A DNA stretch of 64,000 nucleotides from Chloroflexota bacterium (GCA_965221905.1 OZ244922.1:3232001-3296000); one strand, 5' to 3'. Positions 51,111 to 59,755 are shown, counted from the stretch's first letter. Numbers and translations are program-made. Notes: a model not told the origin generated them from the letters alone.

Positions 51111-51797
51111 ATGGCAGATGCCGCCGCAAAACGCATCGTGTGCCTTGCCAACTCACGCAAAGAGGGCGACCGCTGCATCGCGGGGAAAGAACTCTTGGCG
51201 GATGGCAGTCCCGGCGGGTGGGTGCGGCCCGTAAGCGACCGTGAGGATGAAGCGGTCAATGAAAGCGAGCGGCAGTACGAAGATGGGGATGAGCCGTGCG
51301 TGCTTGATGTTGTCGATGTGCCGCTGCTCAGGGCGCGACCGAAAGGCTACCAACAGGAAAACTGGCTGCTGGATCCGAGCCAACGTTGGAAGCGAATTCA
51401 CCAAATTGGGCCGGATGCACTACAGGATTTTGCTGAACCGGCTGAGCCGCTCTGGGTTAATGGCTACCACACGAATTACGGGCGGAACGATAGGGTGCCG
51501 CATGACCGCGCCAAGTCGCTGGATAGTTCGTTACGACTTATACGCGTCAGCGCGCTGGAGCTCGACGTGTTTGCACCCAGGATAGACGTTGGTGACTTTA
51601 AGCGGCGGATCAAGGGCCGGTTCCAATATACTGGTGAGGAGTATCGGCTTTGGGTCACCGATCCTGTCTATGAAGAGGCCTACTTGAATCGGCCAAACAA
51701 CACCTATACGGTCGGCGATTGTTTTCTTACGGTGAGTCTCGGTGAGCCTTACCAGGGATTCGCCTACAAGCTCATCGCCGCCATCATTGCGCTTTAG
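51111..51797 (+). CDS. Dual-OB-domain-like protein, copy 2
   Basis: Colinear paralog of 50285-51061 with the same motifs. Confidence 0.75.
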   Translation: MADAAAKRIVCLANSRKEGDRCIAGKELLADGSPGGWVRPVSDREDEAVNESERQYEDGDEPCVLDVVDVPLLRARPKGYQQENWLLDPSQRWKRIHQIGPDALQDFAEPAEPLWVNGYHTNYGRNDRVPHDRAKSLDSSLRLIRVSALELDVFAPRIDVGDFKRRIKGRFQYTGEEYRLWVTDPVYEEAYLNRPNNTYTVGDCFLTVSLGEPYQGFAYKLIAAIIAL

Positions 51798-51811
51798 TGG
51801 AGAGACATAAC

Positions 51812-52447
51812 GTGAGTGCAAAGCACCGTTCAGTGTTCACCATCGGACACTCCAATCACGAGTCAGACGTGTTTGTGGCGTTGTTGCGGAAGCACGGTGT
51901 GAACGTGGTGGTGGACGTCCGTTCAGCGCCGTACAGCCGCTACCTGCCCCACTTCAATAAGGAATTTCTGACAGATTCCTTGCAGAAGATCGGCATTCGC
52001 TATGACTTCCAGGGCAAGGAACTAGGCGGACAGCCGTCTGACCGCGCGTATTACGACGCCGACGGGCGTATCATGTATCACGCACTGGCGGAGACCGACG
52101 CGTTCAAGCACGGCATCGAGCGCACTTTGGCGAGCGCGGCTGCAGACCGCATCGCCTTGACGTGTAGCGAAAAAGAGCCGCTGGACTGCCACCGCACGTT
52201 GCTGATCAGCCAGGTACTTGTGAAGCGCGGTGTTGCCTTGGCGCATATTCGCGCAGACGGACACCTGGAGAGTCACGACGACGCTATGAACCGCTTGCTC
52301 GACTCATTCGAACTGCCGTACAACGGTGATCTCTTCCGCTCCCGTGAGGCGGTAATTGATGACGCCGTCGCGCGCCGGGCGCAGCGGGTCGGCGCGCGCT
52401 TGCGAGATCCGTCCGCGGGCGGCGCTGATTGGGGGCGTGCGCTCTGA
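51812..52447 (+). CDS. DUF488 family protein
   Basis: FTIGHSN, VDVRSAPYSR, ELGG, CSEKEPLDCHR. GTG 51812 after GGAGA (alternative start 51797). Confidence 0.88.
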   Translation: MSAKHRSVFTIGHSNHESDVFVALLRKHGVNVVVDVRSAPYSRYLPHFNKEFLTDSLQKIGIRYDFQGKELGGQPSDRAYYDADGRIMYHALAETDAFKHGIERTLASAAADRIALTCSEKEPLDCHRTLLISQVLVKRGVALAHIRADGHLESHDDAMNRLLDSFELPYNGDLFRSREAVIDDAVARRAQRVGARLRDPSAGGADWGRAL

Positions 52448-52917
52448 AACTTTACACCATCGGCTTTACCAAGAAGACGGCCGCAACGTTCTTTGACCTG
52501 CTCAGGACATCCGGCGCGAATCGCGTGGTGGACGTGCGGCTACACAATACCTCGCAACTGGCGCGTTTTGCGCATGGCGACGACATGCCGTATCTTCTAC
52601 AGAGGGTTTGCCGGATGCAGTATATCCATGCGCCGGACTTGGCGCCCACCAAGGCCCTGCTGGATGGCTACCGCGGTGGCGACATCGACTGGGAAGTCTA
52701 CGAGCGCGACTTTCTGGCGCTGTTGGATCAACGGCGCATCTCTACAGAAGGTATTCGACCCACCGGAGGAAGACGCATCACGAAGAGATTAAAAGCTACC
52801 ATCGCCAACAGTTGCCTCCTGTGCAGCGAGCATGAGCCCGATCACTGCCACCGTCGGTTGGTGGCGGAGTACTTCCAGCGGCACTGGGGCGATGTCGAAA
52901 TCGAGCATCTCACTTGA
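52429..52917 (+). CDS. DUF488 family protein (second subtype)
   Basis: LYTIGFTKK, VDVRL.N.SQLA, LAPT, LLCSEHEPDHCHRRLVAEY. The start may be CTG 52444. Confidence 0.88.
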   Translation: MGACALKLYTIGFTKKTAATFFDLLRTSGANRVVDVRLHNTSQLARFAHGDDMPYLLQRVCRMQYIHAPDLAPTKALLDGYRGGDIDWEVYERDFLALLDQRRISTEGIRPTGGRRITKRLKATIANSCLLCSEHEPDHCHRRLVAEYFQRHWGDVEIEHLT

Positions 52918-52934
52918 GTAAAAGGGTTTAGACT

Positions 52935-53570
52935 CTGTTTGATCTGCTCCATGACCTGGTTGAATGGGTATTGGCCTGGGCGGATTCACCGTTCGGCGGT
53001 TTGGCGCTCTTCGTGCTGTCGGCTGCGGAGTCGATCATCTTTCCGGTGCCGCCGGACCCCTTGCTGATAGCCTTGGGTGTGGGCAAACCGAGCTTTGCCT
53101 TGGTCTTTGCCGCCATCTGTCTCGCCGGTTCGCTCCTGGGCGCCAGCGTCGGCTACGTGATCGGTATGTGGGGCGGGCGCCCGGTGGTGGACCGCCTCTT
53201 CTCGCAGGACAAGATTCAGTTCGTCGAACAGAAATACCAGCGTTACGACGTGTGGGCGATCCTTATTGCCGCGCTCACACCAATACCCTACAAGGTCTTC
53301 ACCATCACGGCCGGCATGTTTCGGTTGCACTTCGGCCGCTTCATGCTGGCGTCGCTGATCGGACGCGGCGCGCGCTTCTTCGCCGTGGGCTTCTTAATCG
53401 CCTTCTTCGGTGAACCGATTGCGGCGTTCATTGATGAATACCTTGACATTCTGTTCATTGTCTTTATGATTCTGCTTGTCGGCGGTTTCTTCGTCATCAA
53501 GCTAATGACGCGTTCGGGGAAGCCGCCGGGGCCGGATGGGACGACGACTACGGAGGAGGCCGCGCCGTAA
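52935..53570 (+). CDS. YqaA/DedA (VTT domain) membrane protein
   Basis: AESIIFPVPPDPLL, GASVGY, TPIPYKVFTI, GRGARFF. Start is CTG 52935 or TTG 52971. Confidence 0.9.
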   Translation: MFDLLHDLVEWVLAWADSPFGGLALFVLSAAESIIFPVPPDPLLIALGVGKPSFALVFAAICLAGSLLGASVGYVIGMWGGRPVVDRLFSQDKIQFVEQKYQRYDVWAILIAALTPIPYKVFTITAGMFRLHFGRFMLASLIGRGARFFAVGFLIAFFGEPIAAFIDEYLDILFIVFMILLVGGFFVIKLMTRSGKPPGPDGTTTTEEAAP

Positions 53571-53683
53571 GTGGGTAACTACAGGAGTAAGTCTTTGACG
53601 ATTGGGGCTATGACTGCGGCAAGCGTCGACGGTCTTAGAGCAGAACCGTACAAGGTATGAGAGTGGAGAGTAGGGCTTCAGGC

Positions 53684-53749
53684 CGTCACTCCAGCGAAAG
53701 CCGGACTCCAGGGGGTGCAGCAAAGGTGGATTCCCGCATGCGCGGGAAT
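53684..53749. repeat. CGTC-type REP doublet interrupted by the adjacent miniature element
   Basis: CGTCACTCCAGCGAAAGCCGGACTCC...GGATTCCCGCATGCGCGGGAAT, continuing as GACG after the element. Confidence 0.75.
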
Positions 53750-54067
53750 TGTAAGTGTCAGGTAATTCGTTGACAGAATGGGAACATGAAACAACAAGAG
53801 ATGATGCCAACGTATCGACTGCCATACACATTAGGTAGTTCTGTCACGAGCAGTATCAGTTCATGCAGCAAAGACGAGCATCGTAGGCAGCACGAGAGTC
53901 GTTACTCCGGCGAAAAGCCTGCCCCGTACTTGATACGGGGCAGGAGTCCAGGGGGTGCGGTGAAGATGGATTCCGGCTTGCGCCGGAATGACGGAGATGA
54001 ACATCTTCAACCTTCCATGGTAATAACTGGATTGACGAATCTGTCAACGAATTAGTCAACACTTACA
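53750..54067. mobile_element. 318-bp non-autonomous TGT...ACA element (IS481-like MITE)
   Basis: 28-bp IRs TGTAAGTGTCAGGTAATTCGTTGACAGA and rc TGTAAGTGTTGACTAATTCGTTGACAGA (24/28); 5-bp duplication GGAAT (53745-53749, 54068-54072). Confidence 0.85.
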
Positions 54068-54166
54068 GGAATGACGATTTGGGACGCTTTCTACCTTAAT
54101 TGGAAGACGACTCTAAACCCACAGTACTCTATACTCACAGTAGACAAAGAGTACGAGGGTGCGGTC

Positions 54167-54577
54167 ATGCAGAGTTACTATGACATTCTCGGCGTTTCTG
54201 AAGATGCCGAAACCGAAGAGATCGAAACGGCGTTTCGGCGCGCGCTCGCGTGCGCGCAGTCTGAAGCGGTTGAAGCCGAGACCGCTGACGTCGCCGTCCG
54301 CATGCGGACGCTGGCGGAAGCCTATGAAGTTCTTTCCAATCCCGCCTACCGCGCCGCCTATGATCTAAAGCGGGAGCAAAAGGAACCGTTTCCGGTACCG
54401 AAGCCAATCGCGGGGTCCAAGCTCTTTCGCGCGTTGAAGGCAAGCGGCTCCACCCTCGTCAAGGATGTGAAGGAACAGTACGAGAGCGATCCCACCATCA
54501 AGGCAGACTTCGACCGTTCCATCCAGCTTGGGCGCAAAGTCGCCCGTGCCGCGCGCTTCCTCCGGTTCTTACGCTAG
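54167..54577 (+). CDS. DnaJ-like (J-domain) protein lacking HPD
   Basis: YYDILGV..A..EEI..AFRR...EAYEVLSNP..R..YD. Confidence 0.8.
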   Translation: MQSYYDILGVSEDAETEEIETAFRRALACAQSEAVEAETADVAVRMRTLAEAYEVLSNPAYRAAYDLKREQKEPFPVPKPIAGSKLFRALKASGSTLVKDVKEQYESDPTIKADFDRSIQLGRKVARAARFLRFLR

Positions 54578-54679
54578 GGAAGCGCTACTCTCGCCCCTTG
54601 TCGCCGCGCGATCTTCCCAATTGTCCGCCGCGCTCACTCGGCTCGCGCCGAGGCTACGTAGTCCGCGATTGCATCTACA

Positions 54680-54765
54680 CTAATCACCTTGCCCGAGACG
54701 GTATTCGTCCTAAGCGACAAGAAGCGGGGGACAAGCCCCCGCCCTACGGCTAGCTAATGGGGCGC
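54680..54765. repeat. About 85-bp element with GCGGGGGACAAGCCCCCGC REP core
   Basis: Homologous in inverted orientation to 56430-56531. Confidence 0.7.
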
Positions 54766-54829
54766 ATCTTGCACAGAGAGGGCTTCTAAGCGAGTCTATC
54801 CGCTCAGTGTCAACAGCCAATAGCGCACA

Positions 54830-54863
54830 CTCTCCTCCGCGCCACTGAGGACGCGGAGGAGAG
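54830..54863 (-). terminator. Hairpin downstream of the SBP gene
   Basis: 12-bp stem CTCTCCTCCGCG/CGCGGAGGAGAG, 33 bp after the stop codon; no strong T tract. Confidence 0.55.
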
Positions 54864-54895
54864 CGGTTAGTCTATAGACAATGCGCCAAATGGGA

Positions 54896-56275
54896 TTACT
54901 TTAGTTCATCCGGGCGCTCGCTCAAGACTGCGTTGGCGGCGTCTGCCGAGGCTTTCATCGCCTCCGGTACCGTCTTTTCGCCGGTGTACATCGGCTCAAG
55001 CTCAGCACTGGCGGCCTTGCGCCACGCGTCCACGTCCGGCGTGATGAAGAAGTCCCGTCCGTGCTGCTGCCACTGCTCTATGATTGGGGAGAAGTCCAGG
55101 TTAGGGAAGTTCTTCTGGAATTCACCGGTGACGCTCGCCAGGCCGGGATAGTTCTGGGTCGTCCAGAGCGTCTGTCCCACTTCACCGGCAAGGACCTTCA
55201 TCACGTTCCAGGCAGGGTCCGGCACTTTGCTCAACCCCATGATCGACCAGGAGTTGCTGTGCACCTCTACCGTCCGCGCCGCGGGGCCGCTGGGAACGGC
55301 GGTCATGCCAAGGTCGTCGCCAATCTTTCCCACCACGTTCACGAGGGGATACATGTGGAAAGAGTCCATCGCGGCAATACCACTGCCCATCACCGAGCCG
55401 CCGCCCCGCGTCCGCAGTTCGCCCTTCTCTTCTCCCCAGGGGACGATCTTGTGCTTGAGGATGAAGTCCACGAATACCTGCGCGCCGCCAATGGCGAGTT
55501 GGTCCTCCCCATACACCACCATATCCCGCGCCTCATTCAAGACCTGGCCGCCATTGTTGAGGATAAAGGTGCCTAGTCCCACGTTTATCCCCGTGTAGCC
55601 GAAGTTGTAGCCCCATTGCTCGGTATCGTCACCCGTGCGTTTGGTGAGCTTGGTCGCATTCGATATGACGTCGTCCCAGGTCCATTCGGGGGTGGGGTGC
55701 TCCATGCCCTCCTTATCGAAGATCGCCTTGTTGTAGAAGAGCAGTTCGCCGCTCACCTGGAACGGCAGCGCATAGAGCTTGTTCTTGAAGAGCCACGACG
55801 CCGTGTCCAGGAACTCCTCGCGCGCTATCTTGTCCCTGGCCATTTGCTCGTCGAGCGACGCAAACGTGCCCCGTGCAGCGCCAACCTGCACCCAGTTGAT
55901 CTGGTTTACGACAATATCGTAGGTTGACTGGCCGCCGGCGAACTCGGTCTGCAGCTTCTCCCACAGGTTGGTGCCCGGCGGGGTGATCACCAACTTGACG
56001 CGCTCACCTTGTAGGACGTCGTTTGAAGCAACTTCCATGTCGCCCAGGGTCTTATTGCGCTCCTCGCCCAAGTTGTAGCAGGCCCATATGACTTCGGTGA
56101 CTTCGGTCGCCTCGGGCGCCGCCTCTTTGGCTTCCGGCTCCTCAGCCGCGGGTGCATCCGCCGGCGCCGCTACCTGCACTGTGCCGCACGCAGCCAAGAA
56201 TACGCTCGCCGTGGCTGCGGTAATACCGAGAAAGCCACGCCTCGTGACAGGCATCATCATATCTTTACGTTTCAT
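54896..56275 (-). CDS. ABC transporter sugar-binding lipoprotein, Tat signal
   Basis: TRRGFL, LAAC, LFYNKAIFD, WTWDD, SKVPDPAW. Confidence 0.9.
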   Translation of the reverse strand: MKRKDMMMPVTRRGFLGITAATASVFLAACGTVQVAAPADAPAAEEPEAKEAAPEATEVTEVIWACYNLGEERNKTLGDMEVASNDVLQGERVKLVITPPGTNLWEKLQTEFAGGQSTYDIVVNQINWVQVGAARGTFASLDEQMARDKIAREEFLDTASWLFKNKLYALPFQVSGELLFYNKAIFDKEGMEHPTPEWTWDDVISNATKLTKRTGDDTEQWGYNFGYTGINVGLGTFILNNGGQVLNEARDMVVYGEDQLAIGGAQVFVDFILKHKIVPWGEEKGELRTRGGGSVMGSGIAAMDSFHMYPLVNVVGKIGDDLGMTAVPSGPAARTVEVHSNSWSIMGLSKVPDPAWNVMKVLAGEVGQTLWTTQNYPGLASVTGEFQKNFPNLDFSPIIEQWQQHGRDFFITPDVDAWRKAASAELEPMYTGEKTVPEAMKASADAANAVLSERPDELK

Positions 56276-56429
56276 CGCCTACTCCCTCCACTCAATTGGG
56301 GTAAACCAACACAATACAGTGCGAGTATAGACCCCTCCCTCCCCCGTGTCAAGAGCATTGGAGTAAGCGAAAGCGATATTAGTCGACCTAACACCTGGAC
56401 TCGGTTAATGTTCTCTTGCCATTGTAAGC

Positions 56430-56531
56430 GCGCTCCTGGTTAGCACGCCGTAGCGGCGAACCAGAGTTCGGGGGGCTTGTCCCACGCTTCTTGGCGCAGA
56501 AAGGAAACACCATCTTGAGCAAGGTGCTTAG
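56430..56531. repeat. Inverted homolog of 54680-54765 with an inserted CGAACCAGAGTTCG hairpin
   Basis: Reverse complement reads CTAAGCACCTTGCTCAAGATGG...CAAGAAGCGTGGGACAAGCCCCC...CTACGGC. Confidence 0.7.
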
Positions 56532-56779
56532 CAGCGTGAAAGGCAAACACCCGGTAACACGCGTGGGACAAGCGAAAGAGAGGCTAGAAGCTATCTCATA
56601 AATCGGCTCGACAAGCCGACTCGTGCTTCGACCCTTCGTCAGAGCCCGTACTGAGCCTGCCTGTCCTGAGCAAGTCGAAGGGTCGCAGGGCAGGTCTACA
56701 TAGAGCGATGTACTTGTGAGACGAGTTCTAGCGCCATTTCCAGGTAGTTTTCACGGGAGACGGCCCACCGCCCGCCTCT

Positions 56780-56829
56780 GGATTCCGGCCCCGTACTTGA
56801 TACGGGGCCGGCTTTTTGCCGGAATGACG
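56780..56829. repeat. CGTC-type REP with internal CCCCGTACTTGATACGGGG hairpin
   Basis: GGATTCCGGCCCCGTACTTGATACGGGGCCGGCTTTTTGCCGGAATGACG. Confidence 0.75.
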
Positions 56830-56894
56830 GACAGGCATTGTGGACGACACGTGTATGTCATATTTGAGTGGACAATGTACTAGGGCTCGCAAGG

Positions 56895-57764
56895 CTAAGG
56901 GGTATCGTCGATGCCTTGAGGCTTGCCGTTGCCGTCGCGGATTAAGGCCATGAGGTTCTCGGCAGCTTGCGAGACCGTGACCGGCGTCTTTGCGTCGACG
57001 CCGCGTTGGCGTAGCTCGCCAAACAATTCGCTCAGGATCGGCGGTGAGACATTGACCTCGCGCAGCATCTCATCCTGCTCGAAGAGGTCTTCCACGCAGT
57101 AGCGGCACACGATGCCGCGCTGCCCATCCAACACGTACACGCCGTCCGAAATCGCCGGGATCAGGTCCAGGTGATGCGTTGAGATGATGAGTGTCGTCCC
57201 CCGCTCGCGGTTGAGGGTGTTAAGCAAAGCGATAAGGTCGACGCGGGAGGCCGGGTCGAGACCCTCGAACGGCTCATCCAACACCAGCAAGTCAGGCTGC
57301 ATCACCAACGCGCCCGCCAGAGCCACACGGCGCTTCTCCCCGGCCGAGAGGTAGTGGGGCACTTTGTCCTTGAGGTGCGAAATGCGCAGCGTTTCCATGA
57401 CGGCGTCCGTGAGACGCGCGATCTCCTCCGACGGCAAACCGTAGTTGCGGGGCGAAAACGAGATGTCTTCCCACACCGTCGGGGCCAGAATCTGGTATTC
57501 CACGTTCTGTAGCACAACGCCGATGCGCTGGCGGATTTTGGTAAATTCCGCGCCAGGGTCGTGCCCCAATACCTCCACCGTACCTTCGCTCGGGCGCAGC
57601 ATGCCGAGCAGCAGTAGCAGGAGTGTGCTCTTGCCCGCGCCGTTCGCCCCCACCACCGCCACGCGGTCCCCCGGCCAAATGGCAAGGTCGCACCCCGCCA
57701 GGTCAACCTGCGTGCCGTCGGCATAGGCGTGACGGAGATTGTGAGTCTTGACGTGGGGCTGCAC
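56895..57764 (-). CDS. ECF transporter ATPase (CbiO/NikO/EcfA-like)
   Basis: GANGAGKST, LQN...QILAPTVWEDISFSPRN, LSAGEKRRVALAG, VLDEP, STH. GTG start after AGGA. Confidence 0.88.
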   Translation of the reverse strand: MQPHVKTHNLRHAYADGTQVDLAGCDLAIWPGDRVAVVGANGAGKSTLLLLLLGMLRPSEGTVEVLGHDPGAEFTKIRQRIGVVLQNVEYQILAPTVWEDISFSPRNYGLPSEEIARLTDAVMETLRISHLKDKVPHYLSAGEKRRVALAGALVMQPDLLVLDEPFEGLDPASRVDLIALLNTLNRERGTTLIISTHHLDLIPAISDGVYVLDGQRGIVCRYCVEDLFEQDEMLREVNVSPPILSELFGELRQRGVDAKTPVTVSQAAENLMALIRDGNGKPQGIDDTP

Positions 57765-58252
57765 GGTGACAATCCTAAAGATACAATCACATTCGCTCTT
57801 GTCATTATAGTACGCGTGGAATGGGTTTGGGAACGCGAAATTGAAAAGCGCGAGATACGGGAGCGCAGCAAAGCAGCGCAATGCCGCTGTTGGGAATTCG
57901 CGCCGTGTGCGGCGGATTGAGCAGTTGGCACAAAGAAGCCGAAATGCTCGAAGCACGCATAGCTTGAGGTCCGGGCATATTCAAGCCAAGAAAGCGCGGA
58001 CCCAAGCGTCTCAATTCACCCAATTGCGATAGATTCTCCCAAAATCCCAAGTGACAAGCCTGGTATTCAGGGCTGCATCTCATACTTCTCTTGGGTTTCC
58101 CAAACACGGGAAAAAGGCCCAAATGCAACTCTAATAAAGCGATGGTCTCGGGCAGAACCACGCTCTTACCCGCGAATTTGACATTCTCTTGTGCAATGCT
58201 GCACAATCCTAATTTAGTGACGTGTTCGCAAGAAAATAAGGAGAAGATGTGG

Positions 58253-59659
58253 ATGAACGCAAGCACCGTATTTAGTGGCATCACCCGCCGCAAGATGCTT
58301 GGTGGCTTTGCCGTCGGGGCCGGGGCCGTGCTCGCCGCAGCGTGCGGTGGCGCGACTACCGAAATGCCTGCCGAAGAAAAGGCTGAGATGGCCGAGCCCA
58401 AGGCCGAGACCGAGGCTCCTGTGGCCGAAGAGGTCTCAATCCTCTATCTCACCTACACGCGGCCGGCCCGCAACGAGGCCGAGCAAGCGCTCTATGCCGC
58501 GTTCGAGGAAGCCAACCCCGGCATCAAGTTGGACCTCAAGATCGTTGATGGTGGCGGCACCGGCGTGCGCCAGAACATTCCGATTCTCTTCGCCGCGGGC
58601 ACACCCGTGGGTCTCTTCGAGAATACCTGGGGCACCTGGCTGCAGTTCGTAGAAGGCGACCTCATCGTCTCCCTTACCCCGTTCATGAATCGTGACGGCG
58701 TCGATCCCTACGCTACCTTCATTGCAGAAGGTGTGGACTTCGTCTCCAACCGGGGAGAGACCTATGGCTTCCCGGCCAGCATGTCGGTCGACACGTGGGC
58801 CTACAACAAGACCCTCTTCGATACTGCGGGTCTGGAGTATCCGCCCACCGATCCGGACGATCCAAGCTGGACGATGGAGCGGTTCATCGACACTGCGGAG
58901 AAGCTCACCATCGGCACCGAGCAGTTCGGCATGGGCCGGGGTTACACCGGTTTCAATACCTTTGGCATTGGTGACGGTACATTCTTCGGCGGTCTGGCAT
59001 GGGATGCCGAGAACCAGAAGGCGACCATGAACAACGAGCACTATCGCCAGGGCCAGAACTTCTGGGCAGACATCATCGACAAATTCCGCGTCATGCCGAC
59101 GTCAGAGGAGCATGGCGCGCTCACCGGCGGTAGGGCCGGTCACTACTTCTACTCCACCGGCGCGTTTGGCATGTCGGTCATGTTCGTGGTGCCGCCGGAA
59201 GCGGCCGACGCTCCGTTCGACTGGGGTATTGGCGCGCTGCCGTACACGGGCGATCCGCCAAACCACTCCGGCCGCCACTACACGCACGCGACTTTCGTGG
59301 GCAACACCGATCACGTCGACCAGACGTGGGAAGTGCTGAAGTGGCTGTTGGACGGCGACAACGGCCTCACCTACCTTGAACTGACGGGTCACGTGGTTAC
59401 CCCGATGCTGCACCTCTTCGATCAGGCAAAAGCGCACTGGGAAGAAAAGCAAGGCGGCAAGGTGGACGCTTCTGCTTTCTTTGCGGAAGCGCAGCACACG
59501 CCGCAATCCGGCCACGGTATGCTGAAGTACTCTAACTTCTACGAGATCAGAGACGTGCTCCAGCCGATCTACAACGAGATCCGCGCCCGCACGACAACAC
59601 CAGAAGAATTCTTGCCCTTTGCCGACACCCACATCAACGAGAATCTCAAGGTCGAGTAG
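58253..59659 (+). CDS. ABC transporter sugar-binding lipoprotein, Tat signal
   Basis: TRRKML, LAAAC, FEEANPGIK, YNKTLFDTAGLEYPP, WTME; AAGGAG RBS. Confidence 0.9.
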   Translation: MNASTVFSGITRRKMLGGFAVGAGAVLAAACGGATTEMPAEEKAEMAEPKAETEAPVAEEVSILYLTYTRPARNEAEQALYAAFEEANPGIKLDLKIVDGGGTGVRQNIPILFAAGTPVGLFENTWGTWLQFVEGDLIVSLTPFMNRDGVDPYATFIAEGVDFVSNRGETYGFPASMSVDTWAYNKTLFDTAGLEYPPTDPDDPSWTMERFIDTAEKLTIGTEQFGMGRGYTGFNTFGIGDGTFFGGLAWDAENQKATMNNEHYRQGQNFWADIIDKFRVMPTSEEHGALTGGRAGHYFYSTGAFGMSVMFVVPPEAADAPFDWGIGALPYTGDPPNHSGRHYTHATFVGNTDHVDQTWEVLKWLLDGDNGLTYLELTGHVVTPMLHLFDQAKAHWEEKQGGKVDASAFFAEAQHTPQSGHGMLKYSNFYEIRDVLQPIYNEIRARTTTPEEFLPFADTHINENLKVE

Positions 59660-59716
59660 GAACGGCAACGGCTACCGGACGCTCACTTTCACGAGCGTTT
59701 GTAGGAGTTCGACAAT

Positions 59717-59755
59717 AGAGGAGGGTCACCCAATGGGTGACCCTCCTCTTGTTTA
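59717..59755 (+). terminator. Intrinsic terminator
   Basis: Perfect 15-bp stem AGAGGAGGGTCACCC/GGGTGACCCTCCTCT followed by TGTTT. Confidence 0.8.

Noticed and set aside
53786-54055. 89-aa ORF inside the miniature element as a transposase
   Set aside because: No HTH or DDE motif; it is largely translated REP sequence.
56540-56580. c-di-GMP-I riboswitch-like words (GGCAAAC...GGGAC...AAAG)
   Set aside because: I could not form the required stems, and no gene lies downstream on that strand. A cmscan against Rfam would settle it.
57770-58140. Cobalamin or NiCo riboswitch upstream of the CbiO-like gene
   Set aside because: No B12 box or conserved core recognisable on the minus strand.
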